Shown: positions 1-8,330 of the stretch, in pieces
How the letters are laid out: every line of letters begins with the position of its first letter
Numbering within the stretch: position 1 is the first letter of the stretch
DNA from: a virus
Lineage: Duplodnaviria > Heunggongvirae > Uroviricota > Caudoviricetes
IMG/VR virus record: IMGVR_UViG_3300034045_000104
Reading direction: 5' to 3' (one strand)
DNA: 29,236 nt
The notes under the pieces: model-generated
The model's input: only the letters and a program-made list of their open reading frames with translations
The model's database searches: none
Told to the model about the DNA's origin: nothing
Made by a program: the position numbers and the translations under genes

Positions 1-1797
1 ATGAGTGAACATCAAAACAAGTCAAGCGCTGAAAGCAGTATATGGTTTGGAATCGGCATTGTATTGGGCTTTGTTGTCTTGGCATATATTGCAAAACCAT
101 CCATATTCCACATAAGTTTATATCTTATCAAAAAGACTCTTGTGGCCATATATTATATTGAGGTTGATCTGGGCATGGACGTTACATCGATAACTAATTC
201 ACTGATTACACTAGATAACAATATTAATCATTCTGATGTTTCTTACCATAACAGCTGGGCCATCTATACGATATTAGGTTCACATATTGTAACATTTGCA
301 GTAACCGGGCTTGTATTGGCACTGGCATATATCCTTATCACCTACTATTACGAGAACTACTTCAACCGAACTTTTGGGTTTGTGCGCCTTAAAAAAGAGT
401 ACGCCAAGATGAATCCAAAGATTCTTCCAACACAAGCTTTTCCACCATTTACAAAAAACGAAGACAAAGAGCCTTTTACCCAAAGCGAGACACCGTGGGT
501 ATTTGCCAACAAATACAAAATCATAAAACCCAGCATGTCATCAACCAACGTAACAAGGGATAGTTTCGATGAAGATATTGCTAAAAAAGTCTTGCAAACC
601 CAATGCGGCGCCATGTTCCATCACCCAATCGTTGATTCTGACAACAAGATACATATGACTGGTGCTGCAAAAATAATGCTTGGCATTATGTGCGCATACC
701 ATGAGCGGGAACCGCTATTAATGAAAGAACTTGTAAATGAATCTGGCAGGTGGTTTAAATACAAGATCAACATGAAAACTAAAAAGCATAAATTTTGGAT
801 GGAGGTTCCTAAAAAATACGAGGCTGAAATAGATCGTCTGATAATACAGGCGTTCACCAATTCTGTTTCAATTGACAGTTTTGAGAGACAAAACAAGTTA
901 GACAATAATGAACCAATGATGCATAAAGTAATTAGAAGTGCCTATTATGTTCATGATTTCACTTATACATTTCTAATGGCTTTATTTGATCCCATTCCTC
1001 AGGTATCTGCATCCGACACTATATGGCTAAAGGCCATTAACAGGCCTTTATATTACGCCCTTAATATAGTTGGAAGACCATCACCACTAACGCGCAGCTT
1101 GGGCATACGCTATTTGTATTTTGAAGAAAAACAAAAATTTAAGAACAAGAGTAGGTTATTTGAGAAGGATCTTGTTTCACCTGTGTCGATAGATACGAAG
1201 GTGTTGTTAGACATGCACAATTGGGACTCACCTATAAACGATTTGTATTTTGCGCTTGATGATACGCAATGGGTCCATCATTCAAGATATAAGGATATAG
1301 AAGATGAAGACATTATCAACCTTGGCGAGAAGGATTTTAGTTTTGACAATCAAGCTTATATACTTATTATAAAGGAACTACAAGAGCGCCAATTAAAGGT
1401 TAAGTCGTTACACTTCAAAAAGTACGATGGTAGTTATCTCATGGACCCAATCTATCCCAATGAATCAGAAATCATGGATATTAAAGATGCGGCAAGGCTG
1501 AAAGCTATAATCGGGGCTTTTTATGTTAATGTAAATGACATGCAAGCATTGAAGTATTTTTGTTACACTAACTCAGAAACCCTTAAAGACATTAACATCG
1601 TTGGTTACAACATGCTACCTGATGCTGTTGAAGTAATGGGTTCAAGCGCCAAGTCATGGTATAACATCATGAAAGAGGTTATGCGTATTAACGAAGATGA
1701 TACATCTGGTGTAATATCACCTGAAGATTTAAACTGGGGTGTAATAAACTCCATTGAAGACGCTATTTCGACCCTGTACGAACTTCCTAAGCAGTAA
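1..1797 (+). CDS. icmP: IcmP/DotM (TrbA-like) type IVB secretion coupling-complex protein with a ~150-aa C-terminal extension
   Basis: Two N-terminal hydrophobic segments; ETPWVFANKY and FDEDIAKKVLQTQCG resemble IcmP motifs; IWLKAINRPLYYALNIVGRP (nt 1021-1080) resembles the DotM C-terminal WLKxxdRxLwYxLNxVGR signature as I recall it. Confidence 0.75.
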   Translation: MSEHQNKSSAESSIWFGIGIVLGFVVLAYIAKPSIFHISLYLIKKTLVAIYYIEVDLGMDVTSITNSLITLDNNINHSDVSYHNSWAIYTILGSHIVTFAVTGLVLALAYILITYYYENYFNRTFGFVRLKKEYAKMNPKILPTQAFPPFTKNEDKEPFTQSETPWVFANKYKIIKPSMSSTNVTRDSFDEDIAKKVLQTQCGAMFHHPIVDSDNKIHMTGAAKIMLGIMCAYHEREPLLMKELVNESGRWFKYKINMKTKKHKFWMEVPKKYEAEIDRLIIQAFTNSVSIDSFERQNKLDNNEPMMHKVIRSAYYVHDFTYTFLMALFDPIPQVSASDTIWLKAINRPLYYALNIVGRPSPLTRSLGIRYLYFEEKQKFKNKSRLFEKDLVSPVSIDTKVLLDMHNWDSPINDLYFALDDTQWVHHSRYKDIEDEDIINLGEKDFSFDNQAYILIIKELQERQLKVKSLHFKKYDGSYLMDPIYPNESEIMDIKDAARLKAIIGAFYVNVNDMQALKYFCYTNSETLKDINIVGYNMLPDAVEVMGSSAKSWYNIMKEVMRINEDDTSGVISPEDLNWGVINSIEDAISTLYELPKQ

Positions 1798-2149
1798 ATC
1801 CATGTTGCATTATAACCAGTCTTGAAAATGCCGCAGCCATGTGCGCTTTAGATTTCAACTCTTCCAGTTCGCCATAAGCACCTGCCTTGGATAGCAATCT
1901 ACCGATATTCACATCACATAGAGTTGTAAAGCCAATGACCCAGGCACTGGCATCAGCACCAGGCACCTTGCCTTTTTGTGCGCTTTTTGAATACGTTATC
2001 TCCACGCCTGTATCTATATTGTTCATATCATCGTAATGCAAGCCATGCCACGGGTGTCCAACGGGGATAACGACATATCCGTTATAGTAATCAACTTTAC
2101 CCGATGTGTTAATTTTTTCTGTGATACATATTTTCATGATATGTCTCAT
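1787..2149 (-). CDS. phage/plasmid-type hypothetical protein (start may be ATG 2137)
   Basis: 120-aa ORF; GYVVIPVGHPWHG...ITY...WVIGF pattern recalls a common MGE family; own -10 box at 2167-2172. Confidence 0.7.
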   Translation of the reverse strand: MRHIMKICITEKINTSGKVDYYNGYVVIPVGHPWHGLHYDDMNNIDTGVEITYSKSAQKGKVPGADASAWVIGFTTLCDVNIGRLLSKAGAYGELEELKSKAHMAAAFSRLVIMQHGFTA

Positions 2150-2192
2150 TATTAATGTGTTGAAATATTATACCTATACTAAGATTTTAGTC

Positions 2193-2687
2193 TTAGCGCA
2201 AAGGCTTATTTCTGCTTTCTCTATAAAACATATGTGAACCCATTTGTATTGCAAAAAGGGTTAAGTTTGAATCTGCCCAATCAGGGTTGGCATCTATTGC
2301 ATGATATAAAAGCACGTCATCTTTCTCAAATCCAGCAATATCAACGCCCTCCTCCCCATATAAAAAGGCATCAGCTACCAAGCCAGCTTGTATAAAAGCC
2401 TGTCTGTCTTGTGGTTTACTTAAGTCAATGACGTCCTTTTTGCCATCACACCACCAAGAATACGCACAAGAGCGCAATGTTAATTGATGAACCACTCCAT
2501 AAACAGTATCAGGGTAATATTTTGATTTAACTCTTAACACCACGTTATTAGCCACACCCACCATTGATGCTATCCCATCTCCCCTTGACTCTTGATATAT
2601 TACTACAGTCATGGTGTACAGATCATTATCTATTGGCTCATATTGTCCATTCATACCAGCGATTAATAAAGATATAAATTTTAGCAT
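2193..2687 (-). CDS. cell wall hydrolase, SleB/CwlJ (Hydrolase_2) family
   Basis: IYQESRG (catalytic Glu), VANNVVLRV..YPDTVYGVVHQ, AYSWWCDGK, YHA..NPDW, GSHMFY. Confidence 0.9.
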   Translation of the reverse strand: MLKFISLLIAGMNGQYEPIDNDLYTMTVVIYQESRGDGIASMVGVANNVVLRVKSKYYPDTVYGVVHQLTLRSCAYSWWCDGKKDVIDLSKPQDRQAFIQAGLVADAFLYGEEGVDIAGFEKDDVLLYHAIDANPDWADSNLTLFAIQMGSHMFYRESRNKPLR

Positions 2688-2786
2688 TTGATTGACTCCG
2701 ATTAATTATAAATAATTATAGAGTTGCTAAATAATGCCAATGTGGTTGGCACTGGCATAAATTAGCAATTTACCTACCCCATACAA

Positions 2787-3185
2787 TCAAAAGCATTCAT
2801 TGTTATCAATGCGCTGTTGGAACATAGTGCGCATACCGATTTCTATTTCCCAATCTTCAATATCATATCCACTCAAAGCCTCTGCGGTATCTTCTATACT
2901 GCATGTGATACTAGCCTCATGGTTATTTAACTCCCTTTGTATAATGGCATCTCTGCCATTTTCAGCAAAGTCTTGCTCTATACCATCACTTGTAACCTTG
3001 TTTAATCCAATTACCAGTGTGCCTGCATTAGCCTTAGGAACCACTATTCCATTACCTAGTGATACATATTCAACGCCTTTGACTTTATTTTTATCAAGTG
3101 CGGAATTTGAAAAAGCAAAAAACGCGCCTGTTTTATTCATAAGTTCGTTTCTGGCAGGAATGATATAATCTGTTAATGTTTTCAT
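2787..3185 (-). CDS. conserved MGE hypothetical protein
   Basis: 132-aa ORF; GAFFAFS and IIQRELNNHEA motifs recall a plasmid/phage family; promoter at 3216-3230. Confidence 0.75.
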   Translation of the reverse strand: MKTLTDYIIPARNELMNKTGAFFAFSNSALDKNKVKGVEYVSLGNGIVVPKANAGTLVIGLNKVTSDGIEQDFAENGRDAIIQRELNNHEASITCSIEDTAEALSGYDIEDWEIEIGMRTMFQQRIDNNECF

Positions 3186-3255
3186 AATTATTTATCTATT
3201 GATTTAAGTTAAAATATTATAGTTTCGCTAACAAATCATAATTCTTTATTTCCAT

Positions 3256-3285
3256 AAAAAAATGGGCGGTATATTACTACCGCCC
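3256..3285 (-). terminator. intrinsic terminator
   Basis: GGGCGGTA/TACCGCCC 8-bp stem (3264-3271, 3278-3285) followed by a U7 tract on the minus strand. Confidence 0.85.
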
Positions 3286-3393
3286 TAATAGGAAAATAAA
3301 ATGAAAAATAAATCCTTTTGAACAACATCCTTGTTTTACTCCTATTCCTTGAAATGTTGCATATGTGCCATGACACCTCCGCATTATTTAACT
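3256..3393 (-). ncRNA. candidate CsrA/RsmA-sequestering sRNA (RsmY/Z-like)
   Basis: TATAAT at 3400-3405, five GGA motifs in 3313-3380 including ACAAGGAUGU (3325-3334), intrinsic terminator 3256-3285, only a 9-aa ORF inside. Confidence 0.55.
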
Positions 3394-3427
3394 TGAAATA
3401 TTATACAACCACTCGAAACCCACGTTT

Positions 3428-4960
3428 TTAAAGGCTCTTTTTAAGATTCCTAACCATTACAGCGATTAATGATTCTATTGTTTTACGTGCAACACCTCTA
3501 TCAAACCACCTTAATAACTCACCATCATCGCTGTGCTCACCTACATACAAGCCAAAAGTTTTAACTCCTTTTTTAGAGTAATACCTTTTATTTATATCCC
3601 CATCACATATACCGCCATCAGTTACAATGAAATTTATTTTTGCATCTGCCATAATAGATAGATTATGATCAAAAGTTTCTTTAAGTCCCTCGCTATAGTG
3701 AACATTAGCAATTAATCCAATATCATCAGGCTTTAAAGGCATGGGTATTACTTCGCTTATACAATCACCTCTTGTAAGTATTACATTGCCTTGTATATAG
3801 CCTTGTTTGGCTAGATTACTAAAGATAGCAATAATAGTTCTAGCGCTTTCTATCGGTTCACCTCTCATACTTCCTGAACAATCAATAATTAAATTAGTTT
3901 TAAGTTTTGATTTTGACTTACTTTGTTTTGCACGATACATTTTTTCATCTTCACCACGAATGATACCGCGTATATTAAGGCGCTTACTTGGTCTAGATGT
4001 ACTTTCATAGGCGCTATGTGTTTTAAACGCACCTGCACATTGTTTTGTAAGGGTCTGAACTGCTTTTAAATCAATAGGCTCTGGCGCTTTAAGATAAAAT
4101 TCAGCGTTTTTATTGATTTCTGCAAACACATTTTTATTATCAGTGTCTAATTCATGTCCTGGCTTTGATTTACTTTGTTTTAGATTTTCCTCGGCTTGAG
4201 TATCTGCAATTGTATAGCTGTCTTTATCAATTCTTTCAAAATCACCACCTAAATCATTAATTGGCTCTAGGTAAATAGGCTCACATTGCTTTGAGCCCTT
4301 AATAGATTCATTTAATTCATCACTAAAATCATTTTGCTCGTTGTCTTGTGACTCGTCTTCATTTTCATCTAATTTAAAAATATCATTCCATTCTACAAGT
4401 ATCGGAATTAAATCTTCTGTTGTGGCACACGCTTGAAATCTAAGATAGAAATCATTAATAAGGTTAAGCACTGGCACCACTTGTGGCTCTACTATAGGCC
4501 ATGCACCCTCAAGGTGCTTTATATATAGCAATAAAGATTCTGGTGATCCTGTACATTTATGAACATGTAATGATGACCAATCAAAACTACGTTCTGTAAA
4601 GTCTCTAAATAAATTCTCAATTCTCACATCTTCAGCTAGATTTAAAAGTCCTTTTGATACTCCCATACATTTTGCTTGATTAATAACACCCTTTGCATCC
4701 TTTTGAGTGTATAGGCCATGACCTAATTCATGACAAAGTAAGGATTCAACAAGCTTTTGTTGATTGCCCTTAGAATCTTTGAACATACCATCACCTATAT
4801 AGATGTGGTGTTTGTTATTATGAAACATCCAACAAGCCGACTCATGGCCAAGCTTTACTTTTACCACATGATGATGATTTTTATCACGCCATTGGTTTAT
4901 GATGGCCTTTAACCATGAACGTCTGGTATTGTCTTTTAGTTGATTATAAGTAATTGACAT
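3428..4960 (-). CDS. vWA-domain protein with N-terminal HExxH metallopeptidase-like domain (CobT-like partner of a MoxR AAA+)
   Basis: LLCHELGH, NLAEDVRIEN, acidic linker, MIDAS motif IIDCSGSM, IVTDG. Confidence 0.85.
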   Translation of the reverse strand: MSITYNQLKDNTRRSWLKAIINQWRDKNHHHVVKVKLGHESACWMFHNNKHHIYIGDGMFKDSKGNQQKLVESLLCHELGHGLYTQKDAKGVINQAKCMGVSKGLLNLAEDVRIENLFRDFTERSFDWSSLHVHKCTGSPESLLLYIKHLEGAWPIVEPQVVPVLNLINDFYLRFQACATTEDLIPILVEWNDIFKLDENEDESQDNEQNDFSDELNESIKGSKQCEPIYLEPINDLGGDFERIDKDSYTIADTQAEENLKQSKSKPGHELDTDNKNVFAEINKNAEFYLKAPEPIDLKAVQTLTKQCAGAFKTHSAYESTSRPSKRLNIRGIIRGEDEKMYRAKQSKSKSKLKTNLIIDCSGSMRGEPIESARTIIAIFSNLAKQGYIQGNVILTRGDCISEVIPMPLKPDDIGLIANVHYSEGLKETFDHNLSIMADAKINFIVTDGGICDGDINKRYYSKKGVKTFGLYVGEHSDDGELLRWFDRGVARKTIESLIAVMVRNLKKSL

Positions 4961-5004
4961 ATTAAATATTTCATAATTTGATTAATAAATTATATTGATA
5001 CTAA

Positions 5005-5034
5005 AAAGCCATGTATTGTTATATACATGGCTTT
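5005..5034. terminator. hairpin/terminator between AAA+ gene and vWA promoter
   Basis: 12-bp perfect stem AAAGCCATGTAT/ATACATGGCTTT, 6-nt loop. Confidence 0.7.
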
Positions 5035-5047
5035 GAGAGGTGTTATA

Positions 5048-6394
5048 TTATTTAAATGCTGATTCATAGGCCATCATCACTGCTTCAATTTCATCTTGCA
5101 CTGGCTCCCCATCCATATCAACATCGACCCAATTAAGCGCACGTCTTTGAATTTCTGCGCCTATGTCATCTTTGTTTGATGAAAACTCTATAATTTCGCA
5201 CACATGTCTCATGGCTGACTTTTTATTAAGTTGACCCTCATCAACAAGGGCGTTAATAGTATTGTGAAACTTAATTAATGATTTAACTATTTTTTGAGGA
5301 TATTTTTTAAGCTTGGCCTGTTCTGTAGCTACATTAAGCAATAACTCTTTATTTTCTGGAAAATTACATATTATAAATCTATCACTCAAGGCGGTTTCTA
5401 GATTTTCAACGTCATAATCAGCGCCCACATTGGTTGTAGTGACCACCCATAACAGCTCTTTAGGTGCGCATAATACCTCTGTAACGGCCACGCCATCATT
5501 GACCTCTAAGAATCTGCCAGTATTTAAAAGATAGTTACCTTTGTTATCAGGTACAAGACAAGATACAAGGATATCTAATTGTTTTGATGGTATTCTTAAT
5601 ATTTCATCAATTAACAAGCAAGACTTAATACCTTTGCTTGCATTTCTAAAAGCAGCACCCAAAGCTCCATCAATCCAGAACACATCACCACCCTTGATGC
5701 TTTCATGTCCTAAGATGTCTAAGGTTTCAATTTGGTTGTGACCTGCTAAAAAGAATTTATCTACACCTAATGAATCTATAAACTCATGCGCCATATAGGT
5801 TTTACCGCAGCCCTTAGACCCTTGAAATTGGAGGTTTTTCTTAAAAGCATAATGTTTTAACATGTTTAAAGGCATTAGCACATCTTCATCCATTGCCATT
5901 ATAGGTTGCATAACTGCATTATAGCCATCAACAAGAGTTTCAAGTGATCTTGCACCATACATAAACAAGATTTGCTTTGTATGCTTACATGTGCGCTCTT
6001 TAGAACGAAAAAATATACAGCCTGTTGATTCATTAGCAGTTGACCCATAGGCATTAGATAGGCAATCCCTTTTAATCTTAGTGATTACATTTTTTTCTAA
6101 CACAACCTTTGCCAGTGCGCTATCTACACGCTTTATGGCCTCTTGTGAAGTAATTTTACCTTCTAAAAATGCATCACCACACCAATAATGAAATTCATCA
6201 CCATCATAGGCCAATACTACATTATGCACCTTTTCATCATACTGCATCTCATAGCATTCAATATAACTAAGATGGGATTGTTTTGTTGTGATGTCTGTAA
6301 AAGGAAACATGCCTTTATATCCACCAACCACCGTATACTCTGGTGCTTTAGGTGTTGAACCCGTTAGTCTTTTTCTGTATTCAGTTTCGTTCAT
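5048..6394 (-). CDS. MoxR/CbbQ/CobS-like AAA+ ATPase with N-terminal extension (degenerate SWIM-like Cys/His motif)
   Basis: Walker A GSKGCGKT, Walker B LLIDEILR, sensor TTTN, ALSDRF; GCIFF...TCKH upstream. Confidence 0.9.
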   Translation of the reverse strand: MNETEYRKRLTGSTPKAPEYTVVGGYKGMFPFTDITTKQSHLSYIECYEMQYDEKVHNVVLAYDGDEFHYWCGDAFLEGKITSQEAIKRVDSALAKVVLEKNVITKIKRDCLSNAYGSTANESTGCIFFRSKERTCKHTKQILFMYGARSLETLVDGYNAVMQPIMAMDEDVLMPLNMLKHYAFKKNLQFQGSKGCGKTYMAHEFIDSLGVDKFFLAGHNQIETLDILGHESIKGGDVFWIDGALGAAFRNASKGIKSCLLIDEILRIPSKQLDILVSCLVPDNKGNYLLNTGRFLEVNDGVAVTEVLCAPKELLWVVTTTNVGADYDVENLETALSDRFIICNFPENKELLLNVATEQAKLKKYPQKIVKSLIKFHNTINALVDEGQLNKKSAMRHVCEIIEFSSNKDDIGAEIQRRALNWVDVDMDGEPVQDEIEAVMMAYESAFK

Positions 6395-6435
6395 AATATT
6401 TTACTGTTTGATTAAGATGATAAATTATAGGGGAA

Positions 6436-6735
6436 CTATAAACCGACAATTTCAAGCACTGGCACATTTTCAGAATTATTGTTTTTGGCTTTTTCATGAA
6501 AAAAGTCAATAACCACGTCATTATTAAAGCCATCTAGCATGATTTTAAAATCATATTGTTTGGTTTTATCGACCTTTGAGAAATAACAAAGGGTTTCACC
6601 TGTGGTTTTATCACAAACATCTAAGGTTTTAGCCCCTTGTAAGTCATCACCTAGATATTGATCATTCCAAAAGAAAACGTCAGCCTTAGCTTTTTGCGCC
6701 ATGTTCATAATGGCTGAATATGTAAATGTACTCAT
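6436..6735 (-). CDS. hypothetical protein
   Basis: 99-aa ORF with CAGGAA RBS-like element and promoter at 6761-6775. Confidence 0.7.
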   Translation of the reverse strand: MSTFTYSAIMNMAQKAKADVFFWNDQYLGDDLQGAKTLDVCDKTTGETLCYFSKVDKTKQYDFKIMLDGFNNDVVIDFFHEKAKNNNSENVPVLEIVGL

Positions 6736-6809
6736 TTTAATTCCTGTTGATTGTTTATTAATTGTAGTTCTGCTAAAAATCGCCCTTCCCTGGGCACATG
6801 TTGAAAAAT

Positions 6810-6971
6810 TTATGCACGCATTGCTTTTAAGTACGCCCTATTCCATCCAGTGACCCAATATTGTGCGGCTAATGTTTCTTTAGCGTATGGACAGCTGTTA
6901 AGAGGTCTGTTTTTAAGTGATGCGTTATAGCCTTCGTCAAATGGACTATCTGAGATTGATACTTTATTCAT
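6810..6971 (-). CDS. rmf: ribosome modulation factor (Rmf)-like protein, 53 aa, absent from the ORF track
   Basis: Hand translation MNKVSISDSPFDEGYNASLKNRPLNSCPYAKETLAAQYWVTGWNRAYLKAMRA matches the Rmf pattern GYxAxxxxRxxxxCPY-x8/9-WxxGWxxA; GGAG RBS; promoter 7002-7016. Confidence 0.7.
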   Translation of the reverse strand: MNKVSISDSPFDEGYNASLKNRPLNSCPYAKETLAAQYWVTGWNRAYLKAMRA

Positions 6972-7089
6972 GATTATCTCCAAGAGTTATTAGGTATAAA
7001 TATTATAAAGTGACTAAGATGCCAGTGCTTTATTGAATAAGTTAAATTACTTTCCCCCATACAATTAGCATTGGCATTTAAAACTTTGT

Positions 7090-7293
7090 TCAATCAGATT
7101 TAACAAAGAAATAATAATCAGCGCCGAAATCATAATAAACATCAACACCATTAACGGATTTTATAAATCTACCATTGGCAATTTCACATGTTCTAGTTTC
7201 ATTTTCCATCCAAACTATTCCATTTGCATAGGCAATAGCATCATCATCGGATTCACAGTTTTCTAGAATTTCATCATAAGTTTGGTATGCCAT
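7090..7293 (-). CDS. small acidic hypothetical protein
   Basis: 67 aa, 14 D/E vs 4 K/R; promoter 7324-7338. Confidence 0.75.
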   Translation of the reverse strand: MAYQTYDEILENCESDDDAIAYANGIVWMENETRTCEIANGRFIKSVNGVDVYYDFGADYYFFVKSD

Positions 7294-7770
7294 TTGAATT
7301 TCTCATATTGTTTAAGTTATGAAATTATAATCAGGCTAGATTCTGTTAATATTATTAACCTTAACAAATTCAACCTACCCCCAAGATATAAAAAACAGTT
7401 CTTTAAAATCTAACAATCCATTTATAGAATTATGTTAAAATTAAAACTATGGAAATATTAAAAGGATCACTCTGCATTATAAATTTGATTTGAAGTTAAA
7501 TTAATAAACTCAATATTTAAGAATAAATTTCGATAAAAACTAAATATAAAAATACCAACCGAAGATAAAGCATCCTAAGAGCATGTAAAAAAGAACCTTA
7601 ACAGAGTATCGAAAAATATGATAAAATCATCACAGGAGCTTATATTGACTCCTAATGAACCACCTTTAACTCAAAACAAACCCACAATAACATCAATATG
7701 AAACCATAGTTAGAGTTAAATACACCATGAAAATATCTATTTACTTTATATATCAACAGTATAGACGCCC

Positions 7771-8250
7771 TAATGCAGTAATGCGGTATTGCGGAATTGC
7801 ATTATTAATGTAATGAATCATTCATGTATTGCAGTATAATATATATGCATTATTCAGCATCAATGCAATGAAACAATACATTTAGTATATTTTTGCATTA
7901 TGTACTAAAACACCAATAATCTATTTGCATTAAAACGGTATTGGTGTATTATTGACATGCATTATTAATATATTGCATTTTTAATACATTGCATTTTTAA
8001 TGTATTGCATGATTAACGTAATGCGTTATTAATGATATGCTGATAAATAGTATTGTGGTATTAATGCATTGTGTTAATGCGGCATTACCGAATTGTAGAA
8101 GTACGGTATTACGGAAGTGGAGAAATGCGGAAGTGCGGTATTACCGAATAGCTGAATAGCAGAATTGCAGTATAGCAGAAGTACCGTATTACCGAATAGC
8201 AGAATTGCGGAAGTACGGAATTGCAGAAGTGTAGAAGTGTAGAAGTGCTT
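7771..8250. repeat. 8-bp-period degenerate tandem array (~60 units), candidate partition centromere
   Basis: One 8-bp register holds from TAATGCAG/TAATGCGG/TATTGCGG (7771) to 21 clear RCRGWAKT-type units at 8079-8246; directly upstream of parA. Confidence 0.8.
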
Positions 8251-8330
8251 AATAATGGAATTCGCACAATCTACAAAATTGAACAAAAATGTTAACAAAT
8301 ATTCAATAACTTGGAAATAGGGCATAAATA

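Noticed and set aside
280-905. Minus-strand ORFs 280-483, 357-614, 621-905
   Set aside because: Antisense shadows of the IcmP/DotM gene; no RBS or promoter motif.
2800-6512. Plus-strand ORFs 2800-3168, 3807-4010, 5541-5741, 6288-6512
   Set aside because: Antisense to well-supported minus-strand genes.
6995-7006. First 12 nt of mini-array spacer 1 (ATAATATTTATA) match the minus strand at the rmf-like promoter
   Set aside because: All-AT 12-mer plausible by chance in this composition, and the flank is TT rather than the type I-F CC PAM; worth rechecking only if the array proves active.
7340-7770. Replication origin or oriT in the AT-rich gap before the 8-bp array
   Set aside because: No DnaA boxes, iterons, rep or relaxase gene, or recognisable nic site seen; cannot be supported.
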